Below, one piece after another: positions 1 through 9,414 of a stretch of DNA of 64,000 nt. The DNA comes from Eledone cirrhosa (taxonomy: Eukaryota), in contig OZ024740.1 in NCBI GenBank assembly GCA_964016885.1, forward strand, positions 294,934,001 through 294,998,000, given 5' to 3'. A program made the translations under genes and the position numbers. Below the pieces are notes generated by a model. It made no database searches. It saw nothing but the letters and a program-made list of their open reading frames with translations, and had not been told where the DNA came from. Numbering within the stretch: position 1 is the first letter of the stretch; each line of letters begins with the position of its first letter.

Positions 1-366
1 TTAAAAAATGGGGACTGTCAACCCATATTTATTGACATTTTGAAATAGTTCCATAATGCTGTAAACATAGTTATGAGGAGGAACCCCACGAGGTTGGGTG
101 GAAGAGAGGATGACAGCGGGTGTCACTGGCCATCATCCAGGGGAATGTTTTTGTCGTCTTGTCCGCAGGGCGCAGCACTTCTGCCCTCTTGCCCTAGGCC
201 CAAAGCCAAATCACTCTCCCCCTTCACCCTCCCCTCTCTTCTGCAACACCATAGTTCTTGCCATCCCCTCTTCCCGTTCTTTTTCTTCTTTCTCTCTCTT
301 TTTTCTCTATATTCCCCTATTCTTTCTGTCCTTTTGCCTCCCCCTTTTATTATTGCCGTCATTATA

Positions 367-564
367 GATCGGTAGAAGGTCGGACACCATGGTTTGCAGC
401 ATAGAGTTACGGCCCTTTATGATCTGAGTTCAAATCCCGCTGAGGTTAACTTTGCCTTTTATCCTTACGGGAGTAAGTACCAGTCACGCACTGGGGGTCG
501 ATTTAATCGACCCCCTCCAAAAAAAAAAAGAAAAAAATTGCTGGCCTTGTGCCTATATAAGAAA
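367..564 (+). mobile_element. tRNA-derived SINE, 5'-clipped copy (Octopus-type family)
   Basis: B-box-like GAGTTCAAATCCC, body gaggttaactttgccttttatccttacggg, internal hairpin gggggtcgatt-t-aatcgaccccc (493-515), 3' end gctggccttgtgcc. Homologous to the copies at 2807-2995 and 3731-3936. Confidence 0.85.
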
Positions 565-681
565 TCATTATTGTTATTGTAAATATCATGTTTATATTGC
601 ATAAATAACATTACAATCTTTTTAAACACAATAAATACAATTATGTATAATGACTAGTATCAGAGGTAAACTATCTCAGCT

Positions 682-742
682 TAAAATGTCCAAGACACGC
701 CGTGTGTCAAGACGATGCCATCATGACTCCACCAGGAATTAA
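682..742 (+). mobile_element. Fragment of the SINE-associated 3' tail module
   Basis: aaatgtccaagacacgccgtgtgtca...ccaccaggaatt is similar to 1365-1425 and 8990-9050. Confidence 0.5.
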
Positions 743-822
743 CGGTTCTTTATCTTTTGTATAAAACTCCAAATTTGTTGATATTATTGTTTCATGAAAC
801 TTTATTTGCTTTTTCATTACAG

Positions 823-960
823 AATGGTTCTTTGTTTGTCGAGTATTCGCCATGTTTGCAGCTGGACTTTGCATAGTAGCCACATTCCTACAACTTGTCT
901 ATTTCTGTTGTCCAAGACGAATGATCAGAGCCCAATCTATGTATATACTTGGGTGTGCAG
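823..960 (+). CDS. Internal coding exon of a claudin/PMP22/EMP-like tetraspan membrane protein gene (upstream exons lie outside the window)
   Basis: Polypyrimidine tract + AG acceptor (ttttcattacag, AG at 821-822) and GT donor at 961 (cag|gtaac). Open phase-1 frame (E)WFFVCRVFAMFAAGLCIVATFLQLVYFCCPRRMIRAQSMYILGCAG contains a hydrophobic TM helix preceded by W-x4-R, as seen before TM2 in the PMP22/claudin superfamily. Joins in frame to the next exon. Family call is from pattern recognition, not a search. Confidence 0.8.
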
Positions 961-1105
961 GTAACTATAAATATTCTTTATCCACATGAAAGAAGATTAG
1001 AATACTAATTTAAGATTTATAATATTGTGACCTTTCTTACAGGACGTTCGCTAACTAATTAATCTCATTTTGCTAAATTTAGTAAATATATAAGAAACAT
1101 ATATC

Positions 1106-1425
1106 AAGCGAATTAGCAGAGTTGTTAGAGCATCGGATAGAATGCTTTGCGCTATTCATTTCGGTTCTCTGTGCTCTGAATTAAAATTTTGCCGAGGTCA
1201 ACTTTGCCATTAATCCTTCCACACTCGATTAAAAAGCATCAATCCGGGATCGGACTCGATTCTTCCCCTATATCTCTTTCTTGCTTCCTCTCTAATATTT
1301 TCTCACCTTCCCTTGAAGAATTTGACAGTGCTCAGACTTGGAAGGAAGATGGGCTCCACCAGGTTTAAAGTGCCCAAGAAACGTCGTATGTCACTACGTG
1401 TTTCTACGTCGCCACCAGGAAGTAC
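1106..1425 (+). mobile_element. tRNA-derived SINE, long form (head + pyrimidine tract + tail), degenerate
   Basis: Head gcgaattagcagagttgttagag, body gccgaggtcaactttgcc, C/T tract, tail gatgggctccaccaggtttaaagtgcccaaga. Confidence 0.7.
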
Positions 1426-1454
1426 AGATTCATACATGTATGTATGAACCTGTA

Positions 1455-1749
1455 ACTCATGATAGAGTCTTAGGGGTATTTTAAACCTGACGGTGCTCAT
1501 CCCCTTTCTAAGTTTGAACACAGTAATTTCTTCTTCTTCTTCTTCGTCGTCGTCTTCTTCTTCTTCTTCTTCTTCTTCGAGAGAGAGAGGACTCACTACT
1601 AGACTGGTACTTTTTTTTTTACCGAATTCGAAATAATTAAAGGCAAATTTGACCTCGGCAGGATTTGAACTCTGAGAGATCAGAGAACTGAAACGAGTAT
1701 CGCAAAGCATTTTATACGATTCTCTAATCACCCTGCCAATTCCCCGCCT
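1455..1749 (-). mobile_element. tRNA-derived SINE, long form, with an internal (TTC)n tract
   Basis: Reverse-complement head (ctctaatcaccctgccaattccccgcc), B box (ggatttgaactc), body aggcaaatttgacctcggc and tail remnant gggtattttaaacctgacgg. Confidence 0.75.
1528..1578. repeat. (TTC)n/(GTC)n trinucleotide microsatellite
   Basis: Directly visible; it produces the poly-E/D stretch in the spurious ORF 1303..1731. Confidence 0.95.
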
Positions 1750-2380
1750 ATAATTCTAATGTATGCATCATGGCAATAGTGTAAAATATATTTATTGAAA
1801 TTTGAAAAATGTCAATATAAATTACTTCTTATAATATCAAATATCTACCATCCACACCTTATTATATACAAAATACAAACATATAAACTTAACCCCATGC
1901 TCCAAAGTCAATTCTTTTTTTTTATACAATGTTGTGACTCTAATTAAAATACCTTACGTATGTTCCCTTATGTTCTCAGTTGAATTACCACCAGAGTTGA
2001 CTTTACCTTTTACCCTTTCCGGATCTGAAAAATACAATATTAGATCCCCCGGCTCCGTCCCCGTGACACGTTTTTCCTTCATAGATTGATCTGTAGATGT
2101 AAAGGATGGTTATCAACCGCATTAATCTCAGTTGTCCTACAAATGTCATATGCACTTTCTCTCCCTTTCTTTTGCTTGAAACACTACTGTATTGAACGAC
2201 CTTGTGATTACATTTAAGAAATCTTTATTCTAATTCATGTAATTTTATTTATTAATTGCTATTTAATTAAATGTAATTAAAATGAAAATATATTCTTCTT
2301 TTTGTCATTATTTGTTAGACATTTAGAATTAAATTTTTTCAGAACCTTTATTCAGTTCGATAATATTTCATGTTTTTCAG

Positions 2381-2583
2381 GTTTGTTTATTTTGATGTCC
2401 GTATTCATCTTCATTGCTATGTACCAGGTCGCCCAACAGAAAAATATCTACAATGATATTGAAATTCGACTCGGTTATCCTGTTGGGTTTTGCATAATTG
2501 CCGGAGTGTTAGCTATAGCAGCTGCCATATTAACTGCAGTTTCGTCAATCAGAGCCGAAAGAGACAATGAAGATTTTTATTAA
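2381..2583 (+). CDS. Terminal coding exon of the same claudin/PMP22-like gene
   Basis: Acceptor tgtttttcag|G at 2380/2381; phase matches the previous exon (G|GT = Gly). Encodes GLFILMSVFIFIAMYQ...IRLGYPVGFCIIAGVLAIAAAILTAVSSIRAERDNEDFY*, i.e. two TM helices with a G-Y motif before the last TM. Stop TAA at 2581-2583. Confidence 0.82.
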
Positions 2584-2806
2584 CGTTTTTTTTTTGCTAC
2601 TCTGTTTCTCATTTAAATTTCTCATCTTTGTTGCTAAATTTTCTTTCCTTTGGTATAGAAAATTATATTTGTTGTCTAGCCACAAACGCTGAAGGATAAA
2701 AGAGTTATAAAGAGAAATTCAAACTTTTTGAAATATATATTAATTGAATCTATAGAAGAACTCTTTGTTATATCATGTTTCACGAATATTATTTAGATAT
2801 ATGAAT

Positions 2807-2995
2807 ATATAGGGCGGTGAATTGGCAGTATCGGTAGAGGGTCGGACATGCTTTCCAGCGTAGTTACGTCCCTTTACGATCTGAGTTCAAATCCCGCCAA
2901 GGTTAACTTTGCCTTTCATCCTTACGGGGTCGATAAAATAAAGTACCCGTAATTATACTGGGTAATTGCTGGCCTTGTGCCAAAAAGTAGAAGCA
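2807..2995 (+). mobile_element. Complete short-form tRNA-derived SINE with a 19-bp target-site duplication
   Basis: A-box-like TGGCAGTATCGG and B-box-like GAGTTCAAATCCC. Flanked by the perfect direct repeat ATTATTTAGATATATGAAT at 2788-2806 and 2996-3014. Confidence 0.92.
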
Positions 2996-3299
2996 ATTAT
3001 TTAGATATATGAATCACCTGAAACATCGCATAGTTCGACTATATTCCATCTAATGGTTGGATTTATCAGGGATTAAAAATAAAAGAGTAGCCAATAGAAT
3101 AGATACAATACATAGACAGATAAGTTGTATTATATTGAAACAAACTTTATTATTAATGTAAACGTCTGTGTTATTGCATTTATGCATATGTATATCTGTA
3201 TTTTTTAAAAGTATTTTAAAATGCTGTTTATGGAGAGTTGTAAAAGCCACAGCGCTGGTAAGCATATAATCATTTTACGAGCAAGCACACTGGAAAAGA

Positions 3300-3301
<2 letters not shown>

Positions 3302-3351
<50 letters not shown>

Positions 3352-3368
3352 GTGTGTGTGATATATAT
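3302..3368. repeat. Compound (CA)n(TA)n(TG)n microsatellite
   Basis: Directly visible. Confidence 0.95.
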
Positions 3369-3730
3369 GTCTATATTTCAAATTATAAGATCTAGAATTT
3401 TCAAAGCAAATTTTATTAGGTATGAAACAGATTAAAATATTTTACAAATAAACTAAATATGATGTAGATGCAGTTTTAGTTAGCTGCAGCTATGCCAGTT
3501 GCATCAACTGTCAAAACAATTGTTGAGGTAATGACGTATGCTCCTTTAAATACAAACGAATCGGTTTCACATCACGTCGTCGTCTTCCTGCTATCGCCAA
3601 TTGATAATTTCCTAAAAAATAAATCAATGATAAAAAGAATTATTCAATGTAACTAAAAAGCAATAATAAATTTCAATGTAATTCCTTTTTATTTGAATAT
3701 TTTATCGTTTTTATTTTTCAAAAATAATTG

Positions 3731-3936
3731 TTTCTACTTTAGGCACAAGGCCAGCAGTTTGAAGGGGAGGGGAAAGTCGATTAAATTGACTCCAGTGCAT
3801 TACTTGTGCTATATTTATTGACCCGTAGGGATGACAGGCAAAGCTAACCTCGGTGGGATTTGAAATCAGAACGCAAAGGGTCGTAACTCTATGCTGCTAA
3901 GAATGTTGTCCGGCGCTCTACTGATTCTGCCAATCC
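3731..3936 (-). mobile_element. tRNA-derived SINE, short form
   Basis: Reverse complement of the 2807-2995 family: aggcacaaggccagc ... aggcaaagctaacctcggtgggatttgaa ... ctctactgattctgccaatcc. Confidence 0.85.
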
Positions 3937-4019
3937 AAATATAAGTATAAAAATAAAACATATAAAAAATAAAATTAGGGTACACTAAAATAAAGCAACA
4001 AACACAGAAACGACTATAT

Positions 4020-4021
<2 letters not shown>

Positions 4022-4094
<73 letters not shown>
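4022..4094. repeat. (CA)n microsatellite
   Basis: About 36 uninterrupted CA units. Confidence 0.97.
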
Positions 4095-4099
<5 letters not shown>

Positions 4100-5164
4100 T
4101 GGGAGTTACCAGTTTATATTAGTAAGACTAGATACTTAGGAAAGTGGAGTGTAGGTATTGTAAAGAGTTACTCGATGGTTGAGCTCTTGCCCTCGAAACG
4201 GCACATTTGAATCAGCAGACGGCAAATTAATAAACCAGGTTGCAAATCAGAGACTACATGGAGATACGACAATAAAATTCAGTAAGATCGTCGAATATTA
4301 GATTCGCAGTATTATCCCTTTGTCACTACACAGAATTTCTTATACGTTAATTTTCTATTCAAGATAGAGTAGCCTTTTTTGCCATAAGTTATTCGGCTGC
4401 ACTTCTTTGTTGTCTATTATTGTAGTAAGGCAACATTAAATCACAAGGAATTATCCCCTAGTGTCAACAATTATCACCAGGGGACGTTGCTCTCTCCCGC
4501 AGCTATTGACTAATGAACATCTTAATCACGTTCGTCAATACAAGTGAACCATATTCTTAGGTCTACTATCATGTGCTGTATGACAGTTTAGCAGGATGGT
4601 TAGTCGTGGTCGCCACTTTAACAGGGTAGTTGAATGAAGGTCGTTAGTTGCCAGTGTGGTAAGTGATAGTATCCTCGTTGGATTATCTTGTCGACATAGA
4701 CGTGAGGGAAGGTCCCTCGATCTATTTACCATCTTAGTATTTACAATATTCCTTCCGTCAGGTCGCCAATTCCAGCAGCATGGATTATAGATGTTATTGA
4801 GACACGAGTAACATAATAATGATTTCAACAGCAGAAATTAGAGATGAAATGTATGTTTATTTTTGATGTAGCACAAACAATGTTTGTTAACTTATATGGT
4901 TGAAGTTACAGATAAAAAGAGGTTACAAAGGGGAATGTGCCATTGCGCCGAAAAGCCGGCGAGGCTAGGGTGCAATATCTCACCGTTACATTATGCGTGT
5001 TGCTGGCTCGAAGTTTCTGGTACAAGAGAGAGATTCTTCAAATCTTCGCGGGGAATTTCTTCCTCGGGGCGCGTAGGGATACATCCTCTTCTACTGGCGC
5101 TGATTGGCTGAACTGAGCCAAATCACGCACAGAGAATGTATGTGAGCCCGCGGAATGTAGGTCA

Positions 5165-5790
5165 CTACAACAGGAATGAAATGATGTGCTGCGAAAGCTG
5201 AGACATTCGATCTTCGATGGAAGCCTGGGCAGTGCACTCTACATGTGAATGGAGTTCCAATGAAGCAGGTGGAGAAGTTCAAGTATCTTGGGGTCGTGCT
5301 CACGAGTAATGGAAGGCATGAAGCTGAATTAAGTGCACGAATTGTAAAAGCTGGTGCATTACTGCACCAGCTTCAGCATTCAGTAATCAGAAGAAGGGAG
5401 GTAGGTGTAAAATCCAAATTCGCTATCTTCAATTCGGTTTTTGTGTCAATCCTTATCTATGGTCATGAATCTTGGGTAATGACCGAAAGAATACGGTCAC
5501 GAATACAAGCGATCGAAATGGGGTTCCTTCGAAGGGTCTTATGGGTAACATTACTCGATAGAGTGCGTAGCTTAGAGATCAGAGAGCTGTTTCCGGTAGG
5601 GCCACTATCGGAGCTATGACCTCTCAGAGGTCATAGCTCCGATATTACAGACATGTGGTGAGAATGTCCCCGGAAAGAATCGCTGGACTGATTTTACGGG
5701 AAAAAGCAACCGACAGGAAACCCAAGATGGTTGGATTACATCCATGAGCTCAGTTGGTCTCACTTGGGAATCCAGACTATCTTGATGTTC
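5165..5790 (+). mobile_element. 5'-truncated, decayed RTE-clade LINE (Rex3/Expander-like), C-terminal part of the RT ORF
   Basis: Translation KQVEKFKYLGVVLTSNGRHEAELSARIVKAG...LIYGHESWVMTERIRSRIQAIEMGFLRRV has the FKYLG and YGxExW...EMxFLRR motifs of RTE LINEs. Frame disrupted after about 5610. Confidence 0.88.
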
Positions 5791-5849
5791 GAACAACTGG
5801 AACACTCGTCGTCGAAAACGGCGGAAGTCCAGCACCCCCACCCCCCCCG

Positions 5850-5883
5850 CACACGCACACACGCACACACACACACACACACA
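5850..5883. repeat. (CA)n-like microsatellite
   Basis: Directly visible. Confidence 0.9.
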
Positions 5884-6669
5884 GATAAACATAGATACTT
5901 ACGTAGCGCATTTACTGCAAGGTCATCGGCCACTGAATAACGACTTTTGTATCCAAAGTCAAGCATTTTGCCTATAGCGCTGGCATTTCTTGTGTTTCTT
6001 AATTTACTGCGTCTGCCAAATCAAACATTGAAGCATATAACTTTATATTATACTAAACAAAAGACATAATTAAAATAAACTTATACTGGCCGACATTGTA
6101 GAAATTCAATTATTTAACAATCACCAAGTACTAAAGATCGATATAACATTTAATAATATAATTGTCCTGGGTTTTAAACAAATTCGTGGACACACTCTTA
6201 TCATCCCCTTTCTATAAGGACTTGTTACAGCGTTCGCTCAAAAAACACCACCACGGCTCTCTGCCTTTTACTGTCACACTCTCTCATACAGACTTTATCA
6301 CTCCCGTTTCATAACGACTTCATACAGCATTAAACTTTAAAAAATCACTACCGCCGCGCTCTCTTTCTCTTTCTCCCCTTCTCTCCCTCGCTCGCTCACT
6401 TTCAAATACATCCTGTTACCATCCTCTTTCCAGCACGACATACTTTTTAAACTGGAGATAAGACGTGGTTACACGGCTACGACCTGGAAACTAAAGCTTA
6501 GTCATCACAGTGGAAGCTTCCAATATCGCCAAAGATTAAAATAGCACGTCAGGTGCGGAGTAATATCAAGGTGATGCTCACAGTATTACCCAGCTTAGTG
6601 TATGAAAGTAGAAGGGGTCTACTTCGACGGGGTTTAGCAAATGAACACTAAGAACGTAATTATTTTTAT

Positions 6670-7343
6670 CAGCCTAAGGCACTCAACATGTGTATGGAGT
6701 GCCTCTGAAGCAGGTGAGAAGTTCAAGTATCGGGGGGGGGGGGGGCGTGTTCACTAGTGATGGAAGGCAAGAGGCTGAATTGAGTGCAAGAATTGCTGGA
6801 GCTGGTGCAGCATTCAGTAATCAGAAAAAAGGAGGGGGTGAAAAAGCCAAACTCGCTAGCTTCAATTCGGTATTTGTGCCAACCCTTATGTATGCTCATA
6901 AATCTTGAGTAATGACCGAAAGAATACGATCCCGAATACAAGCGCCCGAAATGGGGTTCCTTCGAAGGGTCTTTGGAATCACGTTACTCGATAGAGTGCA
7001 TAGCTTGGAGATCAGAGAATCACTTCAGGTAGAGGCGCTACTTCTCCGGATTGAGAGATCACAGCTCCTAAACTATAGGCATGTAGTTAGAATATCTCAG
7101 GAAAGAATCACTGGACAGATTTCACGGGAAAACCCCACAGACAGGAGATCCAGGGACAGACAATGAGCAAGATGGTTGGATAAGATCCATGAGCTCAGCT
7201 GGTTGCACTTCGGGATCCAGCCGGATCAGTTTGAGACGGTTGCTTCTGACAGGACCCACTGGAAGGAGTGTTAAGGGATTCTGCCCCTACGACCCTCTAA
7301 GGAACAAGTAGGCCAAAAAGAAGAAGAAGAAGAAGAAGAAGAA
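6670..7343 (+). mobile_element. Second 5'-truncated RTE-clade LINE copy, including the 3' end and (GAA)n tail
   Basis: Homologous to 5165-5790 (MTERIRSRIQAPEMGFLRRVFGITLLDRV...LLRIERSQL), with frameshifts and stops. Ends in an aagaagaag tail at about 7318-7343, typical of RTE 3' ends. Confidence 0.88.
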
Positions 7344-7816
7344 TCATTATACTCACTTCATTAGAGCCTGAATTATATTAGGGAGATAATAAGGTGGAAT
7401 GTAACTTGCTCCTTCTAATGGCGCCAGCTTTCCTGCTTCAGAGTTTTGATTGCATGCGAACCTGAAATGTTACAAACATATAATCTGTTAAACAGTAGAA
7501 CCTGAAGAAACTTGTGATTGTATTCAACGGCAAATAGTTATGCAAAAAGTTCAAGCAGTGGAATAAATCTTATACTGCGCGGGATACGAGAAGTCTAACG
7601 TTTCAGATGGAACCTTCTTGTTGGAGAGAAATAAATGTTAGGCTTTAAGTGATATAGAAAACAAGTTTCAAGATATTGTCGACTTTATCGAGTTCAAACA
7701 ACGCAAATCTACCCGGACACCAAGCTTAGAACGCTTCAGCTTTAGTGATTTGTTTATGAAGAAATGTTACTGTAATTTAGATATATTCAGTGTTTTAAAA
7801 ATGCATAAATATTACT

Positions 7817-8176
7817 CAGGTACCTTCAAAGCTATAGCAATATCACAAACCAGTAGATAAGGGTGGTACAGGAACCCACAAAGCTTTAGCAATGTCACAA
7901 TTAAACCAGTAGTCAAAGGTGGTACAGGTACCCACAAAGCTATAGCAATGTCACAAACCAGTTGACAAGGGTGGTACAGGTACCCACAAAGCTATAGCAA
8001 TGTCACAAACCAGTTGTCAAGGGTGGTACAGGAACCCACAAAGCTTTAGCAATGTCACAATTAAACCAGTAGTCAAAGGTGGTACAGGTACCCACAAAGC
8101 TACAGCAATGTCACAAACCAGTTGACAAGGGTGGTACAGGTACCCACAAAGCTATAGCAATGTCACAAGGGTGGTA
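7817..8176. repeat. Minisatellite, 52/56-bp unit, about 6.8 copies
   Basis: Unit CAGGTACCCACAAAGCTATAGCAATGTCACAAACCAGTTGACAAGGGTGGTA. Units start at 7817, 7869, 7925, 7977, 8029, 8085 and 8137. Confidence 0.95.
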
Positions 8177-8688
8177 CTGTTGTGGTTTGGCGGACTGGGA
8201 CGAAGTTTTCCGGCAGCTCAGAAATATAGATTTCTACAGAAAGCCGCCAAAGAGTCATATAATTCCAGATAAAACTAAAAGAGTATCACGAATCATTAAG
8301 GCACTTACTTTTTCTGCATTTCTCCCATTGCTACGTACCTCATCTTAAGTACACTTCGTACCTATACCATTTATTCCCCACTAAACTGTGCAAACTCAAC
8401 CCCCCTGGTTGTTCCATAGTCTCAACCTGCAGTTGAACCAATTAACTCTTCTCCAGCCAGCTTGACAAACTCACATTACCTCTTATTGATCTCCTACCAT
8501 CTGATATAAAAAATACTAATACGGTAGGGTTTCACAGACATAAGGCATTGAAATGAAAAGCTTCAAGCAGTTGGTAGACAAAAACTTCCTCTAAGGGTGT
8601 TTAAAATCTAAAAAAAAAGAAGTAAATAATAAGGAAAGGAGATAGCTCAAATAGGATCGCCTAATAGAGGTTTTTGGACAATATAGAC

Positions 8689-8872
8689 CAGGCACGTCAA
8701 ACATGCGGCCCTTTGCAAGCACACCTGCGGCCCGCACAAAGGTTTTTATCTTCGTAATATAAAATTTAAAAAAAACAGTTGTAATGTGTGCAATTAGTTG
8801 TCGTATGTGGCCCTCAGACAACACATATGTGACCCATGTGGTCCTCGGGGGACCTTCAGTTAGACATGTCTG
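8689..8872. mobile_element. hAT (Charlie/Buster-type) MITE, 184 bp
   Basis: Imperfect TIRs CAGGCACGTCAAAC / GTTAGACATGTCTG, subterminal (T)GCGGCCC motifs, and 8-bp TSD ATATAGAC (8681-8688, 8873-8880) with a central TA. Right end is homologous to 11410-11505. Confidence 0.88.
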
Positions 8873-8924
8873 ATATAGACTATATTTTAACCTGTAATCC
8901 ATGTTTCATTTCTGTCGCATCTCA

Positions 8925-9052
8925 TTTCTCTCTCTCTCGTAATTTCTCCTTCTCTAGAAGGACCTACATAGTAGATGGGATCCGCCAGGTTTAACATTCC
9001 CAAGACACGCTGTATGCCACTGCACCGTCCCCTACAACACCATCACGAGTTT
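8925..9052 (+). mobile_element. SINE 3' tail module with a preceding (TC)n remnant
   Basis: Closely matches the reverse complement of 12400-12510 (tctagaaggacctacatagtagatgggatccgccaggttt...ccctacaacaccatcacgagttt). Confidence 0.75.
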
Positions 9053-9084
9053 ATAATTATTAATTTTCATTATACTATTGTAGC

Positions 9085-9303
9085 TGTCTCAGTGGCCTAG
9101 TTGGAGGAACCATAGACGGTGGTGATCCTGTTCTGAAGTTCGATCCTGGTCGGGAGTAGGGTTACCGGTAAACCTTTTCAGTTTTTTTTTCTATGAGATG
9201 TATAATAAAAACTGAAAAAGATTACATGCACCACTTGACCAGGATTGAACCCAAGACCAGAAGCTCTACCGTCTCTAGCACTTAACGCTAGGCCACTGAG
9301 ACA
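9085..9303. mobile_element. Inverted-repeat element made of two convergent tRNA-like heads
   Basis: Termini TGTCTCAGTGGCCTAG / CTAGGCCACTGAGACA form a perfect 16-bp inverted repeat. Each about 70-bp arm has A-box-like (TGGCCTAGTTGG / TGGCCTAGCGTT) and B-box-like (GTTCGATCC / GGTTCAATCC) motifs. Confidence 0.7.
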
Positions 9304-9414
9304 AATCTGAAAAATCTACTGAAAATTCATACTTATAAACCTACTTTCAAAATTCCGACGAATCCCGCCCAGCTCATTAACTTTCTTTTAAAATTTCAAG
9401 TTTTTTCTTTTAAA

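Noticed and set aside
73-375. Overlapping short ORFs in a GC-richer, then pyrimidine-rich segment
   Set aside because: Low-complexity translations with no recognisable domain; probably intronic repeat-derived DNA that I cannot classify.
1303-1731. 142-aa acidic ORF on the minus strand
   Set aside because: Made of SINE sequence plus a (TTC)n microsatellite.
4440-5160. Short ORFs and a possible additional repeat upstream of the first LINE fragment
   Set aside because: No recognisable motifs, termini or second copy; cannot be supported without a database search.
6271-6287. Isolated satellite-like 17-mer (ctgtcacactctctcat)
   Set aside because: Single imperfect match in C/T-rich sequence, compatible with chance.
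6163-6472. Possible solo LTR (TGT...ACA bounded segment)
   Set aside because: No matching TSD, PBS/PPT or second copy in the window.
7817-8176. CRISPR array, or source of the 17-bp satellite (shares TGTCACA)
   Set aside because: Units are wholly repeated with no unique spacers, and the shared 7-mer is too short to imply homology.
9085-9160. Functional tRNA gene
   Set aside because: A/B boxes are present but I could not form convincing acceptor and anticodon stems, and the sequence is one arm of an inverted-repeat element.
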